A stretch of DNA of 64,000 bases from Geosiphon pyriformis uo1 (lineage: Eukaryota; Fungi; Glomeromycota). The notes beneath the pieces are model-generated. The model was not told where the DNA came from. It made no database searches and was given only the letters and a program-made list of their open reading frames with translations. The translations under genes and the position numbers were made by a program. Location: the NCBI GenBank assembly GCA_016748015.1, contig JAAOMT010000009.1, forward strand, positions 576,459-640,458, given 5' to 3'. Positions 13,427 through 25,984 of this stretch are shown in pieces (the stretch's first letter is position 1; every line of letters starts with the position of its first letter).

Positions 13427-14812
13427 ATGAAACCTGAAAACTACAACAATCTTAAACAATATTTGGAGACATTAACAATCCCAACAGATTAGTCTTCAGA
13501 TAAAAAACATCGGTTACAACAACAAGCCAAACAATACTTCTTACACAACAACATGATTTATTATTGAAACTTCAGAAACCCAGACAATCCACTCAGATTA
13601 ATACAAGAACATGAAAAAGAAACCATTTTATATAACATGCACTCAGACCTTTCATCAGCACACCTAGAAAAAGACAGCACCACTCAGAGAACACTAGAAT
13701 ATTATTTTTGGTCTCAAATGAAAAAAGACATTCATGAATACATTAAGTCTTGTAATAGTTGTCAAAAAAGAGGAGGAACTCGCCCTACAGAACTTTTAAA
13801 CCCAATCAAAGTTGGACAGCCTTTTAACTGAGTTGGTATCAATTTAGTTAGACCACTCCCTATCACAAACCAAGGAAACTGTTATATTGCAGTAGCTGTA
13901 GACTATCTTACCAAATGGCCTGAAGCCCGAGCCATTCAATGAGCAGATGCAAAATCAGTAGCAAACTTCATCTATGAAGACATCATTTGTAGACATAGAT
14001 GCCCAATAGAACTTTTATCTGATCAAGGAACACATTTTGTGAACAATTTAATCCAGGAAATTTATGGACGATTTAATGTCAAAAGACCATTATCTTCACC
14101 CTACCATCCACAAACAAATAGACTTGTAAAATGTTTCAACAGAACATTGTGTGAATCATTAGCCAAAGTCTCAACTGATTTTGAGCAAGAATAGGATCTC
14201 TTTATTCCATCAGTGTTACTAGCATATAAAACACTAAAACAAAATACCACAAAACACATACCATTTGATTTAACTTATAGAAGGACAGCAACATTACCAA
14301 TTAGTTTCACAATAGAAACATACCCAGTACAACCAATTAATAAAGACAACTTTCAAGAAACACTACAATGAAGAGTCTACACACTGCTTAGCACGTTGGA
14401 AAGAAAACAACAAATAGCAGCCACCTATATTAAACACTCCCAAGCTCAACAAAAAAAATAGCATGACGACAAATTGCCTTCAGTTACCAATGGATTTAAA
14501 ATTGGAAACAAAGTTCTCTTACACAAAACTAAAGCTGAAAAACAATGGAGTAGAAAATTTGAAAATAAATAGGATGGACTATTCTTTATCCATAAAGTCT
14601 TAGGCAACAGATTATACAAGCTAAAACTTGATGACAAAATCCTAGCAAAAGTTGCACATGGAGATCGTTTGAAACACTATCATTCCAGAAACAATCTTGA
14701 ACCATTAATTCCACAAATCGGTACACATTCCCCTTTGGTCAGTCCCGGAGACATTCCCCAAAACTTAGAACCAATAGTTGTTATTGAACAACCTTCCAAC
14801 TTGAACACTTAA
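13427..14812 (+). pseudogene. A ORF2: stand-alone integrase (H2C2, rve DDE core, GPY/F-like, P-x-V-x-I tail)
   Basis: Own ATG 46 nt after the RNase H stop; 462 codons, same length as in B; HSDLSSAH...CNSC, VDYLTKWPEA, SDQG, YHPQTN. Confidence 0.9.
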
Positions 14813-14932
14813 CTTAAATTTATTATTATAGTTATCTCCTTATAATTTAGAAACTATCTCACAAAAACAAAGCAAAAATAATAAAAACCCATACACCAAA
14901 AATAATTTTCTTTTATTTTCAAATCTTTTATA

Positions 14933-15651
14933 ATGACTATTTCTCAAAACATTCAACAATTATCCCAAAAACTAATGTTAGCTTTAAAAACAATACCCAA
15001 ATTATCTATTACTGTTACTGAAAGCCACATTAATTATACCCAAACAGAAGTAGTTACAAATTTAGCCCTAAATTCACGAAAATATCACCCATATAAGAAG
15101 AACACAAAAAGTTATTCTGGAATTCACCTGCCAGAACTTTTAAAGCTTGCTTTAAGAGAAAACTTAATGCTTACTCCTATTAGTATTCTACCAAATGCTA
15201 CTATTCAACAAAAACTTCAACTGTGTCTTAACAAAAAAACTACAACTATACTCCAATATATAGATATTTTTACATTGGAAAACCACTTTACGAATGAAAA
15301 CGGAAGCTTACAGCAGCAAACCTCACAAAAGAAGCTATTCAGAAACAACTTCACAACGAATTCAAGACAACAGCTGGACTTACAAACAGTCATTATAAAC
15401 TAAGAACTGCTCTTAGACTTTATGACCTATTCTACACCTGTGAAAATGTCCTACAAAACCCAATTTTACAACCTTTGAAGATTTAATACATTGGAAAGCT
15501 CACAGAACTGAAATTTCAACAATTTTCAGACCAAATTTCTTCAATAATTTTGGATTATTATTTGGAAATTACAGACAGTACTTGGACTTCAATGAAGCTC
15601 AGTCTTGAGAAGGAGGTTATATTACCAAATGAAATTAGAGATATTATTTAG
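14933..15651 (+). pseudogene. A ORF3, unknown protein (frameshifted copy of B ORF3)
   Basis: Near-identical to 38774-39493; small deletion near 15240 shifts the frame. Confidence 0.85.
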
Positions 15652-16596
15652 CATGAAATTATCTTTATTCTTATCATTAATTAGCATATATTATCATTTC
15701 AAATTATTACCTATTATATTAGCAAAATGTCTGAAATTATCATTTAATTAATAATCCAATTTGTACATAACACAAATGTAACCTAAGTACGATGATCAAT
15801 CATGTAATATTCTGAAATATGTAACATTCAAAAGTTTGCCGAAATTTGTAGAAATTTGCCGAAATAATTGACAGTTCACCAAAATATCTAATAGTTCACA
15901 GAAATAACTTGTAGTTCACCGAAATGTATTTTTAGTTCAGTAAAATTGTAGAAAAAAACAAAGTTCAAGTTCATAGAATAGTGTTATAATAAGTTGTATA
16001 AAAAAAGAGCTTCTCTCTTCAAGAAAATGTATCTTACTTTAGATTTATTACTTAGAACCATTCCTACACACACAAAAAAAAATAAATATCAAATAATTCA
16101 AAAAACCAAATTCTTTAATTATTGCACTTGAAAAATCCTCAAAACCCAACTAACGTTTTGAAATTGATTAGCTACCAATTTCAGTAAACTGTTAGTAATT
16201 CCAGGCCTGGATAGAAAATGTTTTCCTTGATAAAATCTTATTTCTTTTATATTTTTTTTATTTTTCTTTTATTTTCTTATTTTAATCATTAGGGTAGTCT
16301 ACAGACAAGATTCCTGTAGAAGAGTTGACTTTTACAGCAAAGTAACTACACATTTTTAGTGAGCTTCCAGACGAGCAATTCCTAGAAAAGAGTTGACATT
16401 TACTACAATGTAACTACACAAAGCAACTGGCATGGAATTGGCCATTCCATTTATAAGCCCAGCAATTCAAATTATAAGAGATAATTTGAAGATAAAATTC
16501 AGTTATCGGAGGTTCAAACACTTCCCATAGTCATGAATTAACAGCATTACAACAAACATACAAGAGCTAAGAAGAGACCAAAAACCTCCGGTAACA
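15620..16596 (+). repeat. 3' LTR of element A (PPT GAGAAGGAGG at 15607-15616)
   Basis: Direct repeat of 6730-7706; initial TG mutated to TA. Confidence 0.97.
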
Positions 16597-16979
16597 ACAT
16601 ATATTTGGGTGTGAGTTTTTTTTGGTATAGCATCATTCATATTGTTGTTCTCACTTGACTCAGCATAGCTCATTTCCTCGGCAACCATGTTTGCCATATT
16701 CTCAATATCTGAGAGACCACTTACATTGTTAGCAATACTTTCAACCTTGCTTCTCCAGAATACTATAGGCCTATCACCAGAAATGCCAATATCTTTTAAA
16801 GCTAGAGAGCCAATAGATGAATTGACCAAAACACCACCAGCTTCGGGTTTTTTTGGCTTTTTATATAATGCAGTGTAAGAGTAGACACTCTTTATGCACT
16901 TCTTCTTAGTATTTGGACAGGTCCCCAAACCAGTCAAACCTGAAACAGAGCCACCAGCAGAAGAACCTATCAGTTCTAT
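16597..16979 (-). pseudogene. LINE1 ORF1, 5' part
   Basis: (M)ELIGSSAGGSVSGLTGLG...KTHTQIY; joins in frame with 6729 after removing A and one TSD copy. Confidence 0.8.
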
Positions 16980-17109
16980 GACAACAAAGACAGATGGATT
17001 AGAAGAAATAATTACAAAAAAGTAAAAGGAAAAGGAAAAAAAAGTATGTTATATCTCCAATAAATCTTTGTTCTTGTTGTGGTCAGAGGATTGACAAAAG
17101 AAAAGTCTT

Positions 17110-19280
17110 TTTTTGTTTTTGTTTGATAATTTATTAATAACCAGTTTTTTTGTTAATATTTCTACATAAATAAACTCTTGTAAAATTAAAAAAAACTATT
17201 GATTTTATTTTGGTTCTTTTTTTATTAATTAATATAATTATAGTTTATAATATATTGAATGTTTAAAATTTTTTTTTTATAAATTATTTGGTAGTTTATG
17301 TTTTATTAAAGTTGAACAGCTTTTTAAATACTATGTTTTACAAATTAAAAAGACAATACAATAAAAATTATTAAAAGTACAATTTTAAAAATGCTGATAA
17401 TTTTGTGTTAACCAAATTCAAAAATATTTTTTCATAAAAGTTTAATAAAATAATGTTTTATATTAAAAGATCTGATCTAATAAATAATTTGAATATAAGT
17501 TAAAAGTGTCTTAAAAAGATTGTTTGTTTTATTGCTAATTAAACATTTTCCAAAATCTGAATTAATAAGTTTTTATACATAAAAAATATGTGCTAATTTT
17601 AATTTTTAGAACTAAAACTTTTAATTTCCAAAATACTTAAGTGTTTATTTTTAGTTGTAAAATATTAATTTTGTAAAATATATGTAAAGATAATTATTAT
17701 TAAATTCTAGTACAGTTGGTTTAATTTAAGATCACATTTAGATTGGTTTAAGTTTTAATATAATTGATTTGGCTTTTAGCAAAACTTACAAACTTTATTG
17801 TGCTTAAAAGTTTCAAAAATCTTGTAAAATATAAATAAAATATATTAACTTAACAATTAATAAACATATAAAAATTTTTGTAAATAACAAAGACAATATA
17901 ATACATAGTATTTTAGAATGCTTTTTTTGTAAAGTAATATTAGATTATTTAATTATTAATAATAAGCTTGTTTTGGGTTTTAACAAAGTTAAATTTTCTA
18001 TATACTTTATTATATTAAGATATTTTTCAATTGTAAAAGCATTATTATGTCTTAATATATTTTGTTAATAATAATGTTTTTTTGGTATTATAGAAAAGTT
18101 CTTAATAAATAAGTTTTTACTAATAATAATATCACTTTTAGTTAACAAAATGATTAATTTTTTTGGTATTTCTAATAAATTTTGTCAGTATATTAATGTG
18201 AATATTTTAAATTTTTTTTTAATTTTATTAAACTTTTGTTTAACTTTGAAATTAGTGTCTATTTAGTGGAAATATTTATAAGTTTTAATAATTTTTAAGT
18301 TATATAATTGGCAAAAAACTTTAATAAATACTTAGCTAATAATTTTAATTGAAACTATACATAAAATTTTGTTAAAATCTTTTTCAAATCACATTTTTAG
18401 TGTTTATAGTTTTCTAAATACTTTTTATAGTAATAATTTTTTAATATTAAAAAGTATATTTATTTCTTTGCCAATTTTTATAATTGGTTTAATTATAAAA
18501 AATAAATTAAAAAAAATTGTAAACTTTAACTAGTTTTATAAGACATATATAAAATTTATAATTTTATAAGTTGGTTATATTTAAAAAATAGTTTGTTAAG
18601 AATCAAAATATATTCTAAATTTATCAGATTTTTTGAAAACATTTACTTAAATTATTTAAACTATATTATAACTAATTTTGAATTAATAGATAGTTATAAG
18701 GTTTTTAATAATTTGAATTAAAGTAAAGTTTTTTTTCTTTTTACTATAGTGTATTTTTTATAACTTTTTTTTGTATAAAGTAAAAAAACATAAACAATTT
18801 TTTAATTAATGTATTAATTCTAAATATATAACAAAAATGGATTATGTTAGTTTACAATTTAAGTTGATGTTTTATTTAGCTACTAGTATATTTATAAACA
18901 ATATTATCTGAATTAATAATTATGTTGTAACTTAGTGTATTTTTAATTTAATTAGTAAATTTTTCAGAATTAATAATATATCTATCAATAAAAAAACTGT
19001 GATTATTCTTATTAATAAATATATTTTTATTATCGACTTATTAATTAGTAGTTTACCAATTATAGTTGTAAAAAAAAAAAAAAAAACATTAATAAATAAA
19101 TATATTTTTGTTTATTAATAATTTGTTTAAGTTTAACATATTTAAAACTTATTTAGATATAAATTTTTTTGCAAATATAGTTCTTAAAAAATTATCTTTA
19201 ATAAGCAGTTTTCTTATTTGGTTTTCACAGTTTTTTAATTAATTATTAATTATAAATTGCAATTTAGTTTTGTTTCAAAA
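17110..19280 (+). pseudogene. Old degenerate LINE0 ORF2 (endonuclease end to RT), part 2
   Basis: Remnants KTIDFIL, LIILIET..KIL.K, IFY..L...VK, QFSFV collinear with LINE1 ORF2; cut off at the junction with O. Confidence 0.75.
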
Positions 19281-20697
19281 AGCTGTAAAAGTTAATTCTT
19301 TTACAAAAATTTTTGATTGTAAATTACTTAATAATATAAAAAAAATAAAAAAAAATTAGAAAAAAGAAAATAAGAAAATATATTAAGAAAGTTATTTTAA
19401 ATTCAAATCTAAAAGTTACTAACAATTTATTAAAATTGGTACCTAATTAATTTTAAAATGTTAGTATAAAATATTTACTTTTTAACCAATAATAATTAAA
19501 GAATTTATGTTTTTAAGTGAGTTTTATTTGAATTAATTTGTAAAAAAAATTATTTTAAAAAAAGATATCTAGTAAAAAATATATTTTTTCGAAAAAAAAA
19601 ATTTTTTTTATACAACTTATTTTATAATCTAGTATTTTGTTTCTAATATTTTGGCAAATTAAAGATACATTTTGTCAAACTACAAATTATTTTTGCAAAT
19701 TATAAATTATTTTGGTAAATTGTTAAATATTTTGTCAAATTACTAAATATTTTAGTAAATTCTAAATATTTTATAATTTAATCATTACAATTTGATTATA
19801 TTTATGTTCTGTACAAATCATATTATTAATTAAATAATAATTTGTATAATTTAATAATATAATAAATAATAAATTAAAATAATAATATATGCTAATTAAT
19901 AATAGGAATTATAAGAATAATTTTATATTAATTAATATTTTAAATTTTACTTAATAATATAATCTTCTTTTTAAGACTGAGCTTTATTAATATTCAAATA
20001 CTGTTTGTAATTTTTAGATGGTAATCCAAAATTTTTAAAAAATTTGGTTTGTAAATTGTTAAAATTTCAGTTTTATAAGCTTTTTAATATATTTAATCTT
20101 TAAAAGTTGTAAAATTAGATTTTATAAAACATTTTTACAAGTATAAAATAGGTTATAGAGTTTAAAAACTGTTTTAAGTTTGTAATGAACATTTTTTGAT
20201 TCAATTGTTGTCTTAAATTTGTTGTAAAATTGTTTTTAAATAGTTTTGATTGTAAGATTTGCTGTTTTAAGCTCTAATTTTCTTTTATAAAATGTTTTTT
20301 AATATAAAAATATTTATAAATTAGAGAGTATTTATTGTTTTGTTTATTAAAACATAATTGAAGTTTTTGTTAAATTGTAGTATTTGGTAAAATATCAATA
20401 AGTATAAATATTAAATTTTCTTTTAAAGCTTGCTTTAAAAGTTTTGATAAGTAAATTTTAGAATAATTTCTTGTGTTTTTTTATAAAAGTAGTAATTTTG
20501 TAAATTTGTAGTTAAAATTGTAATTAATTTTGTCTGAGTATAATTAATATGTTTTTCAATAATAATTATAAATAATTTGAGTAGTATTTTTAGAGTTAAC
20601 ATTAATTTTTGAAATAATTGTTAAATGTTTTAAAGAATAATTATGATAACTAATAAAAATGTAAATAAATAAAATTATTTTTATTTTGTTTTTCTGT
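19281..20697 (-). mobile_element. Old element O (A/B family, inverted): truncated 3' LTR (19281-19959) and ORF3 remnant (~19930-20644)
   Basis: Reverse complement aligns with the A/B ORF3 end, the GCTCAGTCTT-PPT motif and the LTR; very AT-drifted. Confidence 0.85.
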
Positions 20698-21677
20698 TGT
20701 TACCAGACAAAATTAGAGATATTATTTAGCATGAAATTATCTTATAATTCCTATCATTAATTAGCATATATTATCGTTTTAAATGATCACTTATTACATT
20801 AGCAAAAATGTCCGAAATTATCATTTAATTAATAACCCAAATTGTACACAACACAAATGTAACCTAATTGCGATGATCAATCATGCAATACCTCGAACTA
20901 TGTAACATTCAGAAGTTTGCTGAAATTTGTAGAAATTCGCCAAAATAATTGATAGTTTACCGAAATATCTAATAGTTTGCCGAAATAACTTGTAATTTGC
21001 CGAAATGTATCTTTAGTTCAGCAAAATTTTAGAAAATAGCAAAGTTCAAGTTCATAGAATAGTGTTATGACAAGTTGTATAAAAGAAGAGCTTCTCTCTT
21101 TGAGAAAATGTATCTTACTTTAGATTTATCTCTTAAGAATTGTTCCTATACACACAAAAAGAAATAAATATCAAATAATTCGAAAAACCAAATTCTTTAA
21201 TTATTGTACTTGGAAAATCCCCAAAACCCAACTAACATTTCGAAATTGATTAGCTACCAATTTCAGTAATCTGTTAGTGACTCCAGGCCTGGATAGAAAA
21301 ACGTTTCTCTTGACAAAATTCTATTTCTTTTACATTTCTTTTATTTTCTTTTATTTTCTTATTACAATCATAAGGGTAACCTACAGACAAAATTTCTGTA
21401 GAAAAGTTGACTTCCACAGCAAAGTAACTACACATTTTTAGTGAGCTTCCAGACGAGCAATTCCTGAGAAAGAGTTGACGTTTACTACAACGTAATTATA
21501 TAAAGCAACTGGCATGGAATTGGCCATTCTACTTATAAGCCCAGCAAGTTCAAATTATAGGAGATAATTTGAATATAAATTCAGTTACTGGAGGTTTAAC
21601 CACATCCAAAAAACGTGAATTCACAGCAAACAAGCATCAACAACATTTAAGAAAAGAGACCAAAACCTCTGATAACA
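20698..21677 (+). repeat. 5' LTR of B
   Basis: Direct repeat of 39462-40441. Confidence 0.97.
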
Positions 21678-21679
21678 TT

Positions 21680-21695
21680 TGGTGCTCTCCCACGG
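21680..21695 (+). promoter_or_regulatory. PBS of B (TGGTGCTCTCCCACGG)
   Basis: Immediately 3' of the LTR. Confidence 0.85.
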
Positions 21696-21722
21696 AAACA
21701 ACACAGCAAAAACAACTTCAAA

Positions 21723-24700
21723 GTGGTGACCACATCAGACACAACAACTCTAGAGTATTACCAATCAATTTACACCCACTGCAAGCAAAGATTTAACATT
21801 CCAGACGGAATTGAAGTTGTCAAGAAATCAGTATACCAATACATTGAAAACTGCATCAACAATTATCTTTTTGGAAATTACAATATCTCGGAAGTTAGAA
21901 GCAACCTTTACAATAATTTAGCACACTATTTACAATTGGGAACTGAAGACCTTAATAGTGAAACACTTGCCACTTACTTTCACGAACTTAATTTTAACAT
22001 TATCAAATACTGTGAAGAAACATATCCAGTGCAGTCTCAATACACAATTGATTTTGAATCGAAAACAGAAACAAGTAACAAAAGCAAAAACAAATTAAAA
22101 CAATATTCAAGAACCACCCCAAATACTCCAACACTACCGAAAACAACTGCTAAACATTTACAAACACCTGAACAAGGAACCAGTTCAAAACTTCCACTTA
22201 CTATTACACCTTTTCCAGCCTCACTTGTACAAGCACAAACACCTAATTCACCCTTGAATCAATTTGCAAGATCAGAAGATTTTACATCACTCAGAAGTCC
22301 TACCAGACAACAAGAATCCCTTCAAACTAGTTCCAATCTTCTTGATTTTCTAGCTGAAAATCAAAGTAAACACTCTGAGACAGCAGCAAATAAAGAAAAC
22401 AACTCTGAAATAACCGAAGAAGAATCAATAGACAGTGAAAATAAAGAAGGCGAAATGACAACATACATCACAAAAATCTCTGAATTCAATGGAAAAAATA
22501 TTGAGACCAGTCCCAAGAATGGCTCGACCAAGTTACTAAGGCCGGAGATGCAAATGGATGGAATGCCACCAGAATGTTAAAAACAATTCCCTATTTTCTC
22601 AAAGAAACAGCAAGAGAATGGTTTGAAAACCTTGCTGCCCTATTCAATGATTGGAACGCTTTCAAAGCAGTCTTCCTTGAACAGTTCACCGACAATAATA
22701 CCTCCATCACTCTTCGCAATCATTTTCGAAATATCAAACAAGAACCCTCTGAATCTGTTATGACTTATATTGGGAAATTCAACAAACTTCTCAGATGGAT
22801 TCGCCAACTCGAAACAAACAATTATTATTCTGATGCTCAAATCTTGGATCAATTTATCGCTGGTCTAAAAGATAAACTAATTAAAAAAGTTTGCCCACAC
22901 ACGCCAGAAGATTTAAACTCTGCCATACAGCATGCGAAAAGATACAAAATGGCCATGAAAGAGGCCAATTGTACAAAACTTGTAAATTTGGCAATTGGAG
23001 AAACCAGCTCAGCAGCTAAGGAAAAAATTGACCAACTCACAAAAAAGGTCAAAAACTATTTTACCAACCAACAACAACAACAACCCCAAAGATATCAACC
23101 ACCCCAAAGACGAAATCAAAATAATTTTGCACTACTTTCAAATAATCAGCCCCAGAATTGCCATTACTCTAGAATCTCTGGCCACTGGAAAAGAGATTGC
23201 AGAAAACTACAGCAAGACCAACAAAACAGAGATAATCAATATTACTCTCCACTACAGCAATCTTATTATCAACTATCACTACCAGCTTACTATCCACCAA
23301 GATTCCAATACCAAAATAACTATTATTAGCCCGCCCCACAACCAATCCAACAGCAATACCAACAACCACCCACACAACATTATCAAGTATCTGCTTGAAG
23401 ACTGATTACACAAAATCAATTCACATCACAAAACCGATACCAAGTAAACAACAGTAGAATCAATTCGAACAACCAATTGGTTCCCTGAAGTTCCACTCAA
23501 CCAAGACTCAACCACTACCACACTCAACCCAGTTATTTAACAATGCCAGAAGAACAGGATTTTCACCATACTGCACTCTCAGAAAGTAGAGCTGCAGCAC
23601 AACAACAACAAAACTCTTCTCATAATCACACCACTATTCCACCAGCCCAAATTGCTGAAAATGCCAATCTCTCTGATATTTTTCCTTTTGAATTTGAAGC
23701 AAATGAATCACCATTTTTGCTTAGCAATGCAGCAGCTAATGAGCAAAAAGCCATCACTGCAATGTATACAGAAGCTGAAGTGGAAGGAAAGCCAATTCAC
23801 TTGATCCTAGACAGTGGATCTGCTGGAAGCATTATTACCTACCAGTTAATGCAACAGTTAAAAAGAAATGTCGACCGACTAGCTCAAACAGTAATCATCA
23901 CTGCTGATGGCATAAAAAAGACACCAGTAGGAGAAATTGACAATTTTCTGTTCACTCTTGATGGAATCACCATTCCAGTCAAAGTTCTTGTAATGGATGC
24001 ACCCCAGTACCAAGCCCTTGTCGGAAATGATTGGCTTCAAAAAGCCAATGCTAATCTGAATTGAGAAACACAAGAGTTAACAATCTCCTACCAAGGACAA
24101 CACGCCCAGGTACCTGTCATTTATGGTACATTCAACAAACGCTCTGAAAAAGCCCTGGCTTTTGAATTTGAACCAGAAGAAGAAAAACCAATAATCGAAA
24201 CATTCATGGCTTTTGGATCAACGTCCAACTGGGCCAATAAAACAGAACAAGAACATTTTACTTCACACACTAAACCCGAAACCTCTGGATGGAATATACC
24301 TTACTTGAAACCCGAACCAAAGAAACGACGCCCCTATATTCCTCTTAAATATAAGGACTGCCACAAGAAACTATTGTTAATGGGAGCCTGCATTTCACCT
24401 AAAGAAGAATATGAGAATCATACTTGTTATTACTACAAGGCTTGCCACAGAGAGTGATGGGGCCATCTAATAAAAAGGAGCGGAAAATGGGACAACACCC
24501 CTTGTTTAACTTGTGGAAATATGCTACCAGAAGAATGCAATTGGATTGATGTAACAATGAGAGGAGGCGTCTGCAATCAGATCTGCCAATATGTTTTATC
24601 AATTTCAGAAAAAGTAAAAAGAGGAACACCCTTTAATGCAGCATACAACAGTGCTCTCAACAAACTTTATTACTACTCTCATGATGCCGAGATAATTTTC

Positions 24701-25031
24701 GACTTAGCAATGGCATTAATTAATGGAGCTACCAAAGAAGATGTTCATCAAATGAAGGAAGCAGAATACATTGAATACACTATGGAATTAGCTGGATTTG
24801 ATTACAAAGATGAAGTAGAAGTCTACCACCAAATTGCAAGTCATATCTACTCGACCCAAGAAGCTCAAATTCAATGATTAAAGCAAATAAACATTAGGCT
24901 ATGTGAAGAATGCATTATGCCTTGCGATGAACAATGGTGTCCTGAATGCTATGCTCTTAGTATCCCCTTGCCCAGTGAAAATGATGAGAATGAAATTGAA
25001 TTTGGAGACTCTGAAGAAACAGAAGAAACGG
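21723..25031 (+). pseudogene. B ORF1, 5' part: Gag - protease - Cys-rich domain
   Basis: ORFs 21723, 22574, 23543 (LILDSGSAGS, ALVGNDWL) and 24521; interrupted by C. Confidence 0.9.
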
Positions 25032-25902
25032 TGTTACGGTTTAAGAATTTAGCAAAAAGAATCATAAAAATAATACAAACTATTCAATCATAATATAACA
25101 CAGTAATAATCTTAGAAAGGTAATGATTAACATAGTAGCAAACACCATCTCGTGATAGTGGCAAGCACCAGTTCACAATAGCAGCCAACACCAACTGGTG
25201 ATAGCAGCAAACACCAGGTTGAAATATCAAAAAGAAAGTATTTTCTCATAGAACTACAAACATGTATATATACAGTAGTTTTAATATTGGGAAATAATCA
25301 ATCAAGTAATAAAAATCATAACTTATCAAGCAACAGATCCAATTTTTATCCAACAAACTCCACTTTAAAAATCATACTTTCAAATTAAATATCCCAAGAA
25401 ACCTTTAAAAATCAAAAAAAAATGAAAAAAAATATTTAAAACGGAACTATCACAACACAAAGTATTAAGAAACTTACTTGTATTATTTATTGAATGAAAC
25501 TATCATTCATCAATTGAATCTCTTGGAAGAATAATCCTTGATCAAGATTATTTACGTTGTTACTAATTGATAAAAGCTTTATTGTGAGAATTAGAAAAGC
25601 GCTAAAAACCATTAACATTTTGTGTTTCTAAATTAGAAAAACACATCAGGCAATTGCAAGGATAGCCTCAGAGAAGACCCCAGACAGTGGGTAGATTTCA
25701 GTTCAGCCTCTGAGAAAGAGTACATAAACACACACAACAATCAAGAATTAAAGAATAACTTACATCGCAACAGTAAAAAAGAAAGCCTTCAATGTAACAG
25801 TGACATTATCACACAAATAGAATTGAGGAACTCACGAAAGAATGATTGCAATTAAAGCGGGATATAAGCAATTAAATATAACAAGAAAACCATTCCGTAA
25901 CA
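25032..25902 (+). repeat. 5' LTR of C (871 bp) with 4 x ~22-bp ATAGCAGCAAACACCA repeats at ~25132-25225
   Basis: TGTTAC...GTAACA; nearly identical to 34233-34905. Confidence 0.95.
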
Positions 25903-25904
25903 TT

Positions 25905-25921
25905 TGGTGAACCCTACGAGG
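25905..25921 (+). promoter_or_regulatory. PBS of C (TGGTGAACCCTACGAGG; resembles the complement of a tRNA-Trp 3' end)
   Basis: Position after the LTR; tRNA assignment from recalled eukaryotic tRNA-Trp ends. Confidence 0.75.
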
Positions 25922-25984
25922 AAAGAAAATCAAAAAGGAAATAATAATTAGCAATAATTCATTGCTAAAAAGGAAAAGACAAAA

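Larger units (their letters stand above)
6730..16596 (+). mobile_element. Ty3/Gypsy LTR retrotransposon A (9867 bp, dUTPase-bearing, three-ORF type), degenerate
   Basis: Two 977-bp LTRs, TGTTAC...GTAACA termini, TSD ACGT (6726-6729)/ACAT (16597-16600), PBS, PPT, PR-RT-RH-IN order. Confidence 0.97.
391..17105 (-). mobile_element. Full-length non-LTR retrotransposon (LINE1: ORF1 + ORF2 APE-RT-RNaseH-Zn), degenerate, interrupted by Gypsy A
   Basis: Collinear ORF1/ORF2 fragments on - strand; (AAAT)n 3' tail at ~391-406; 5' UTR to ~17105; ORF1 rejoins in frame across element A (…KTHTQIY|VLDNPPK…). Confidence 0.9.
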
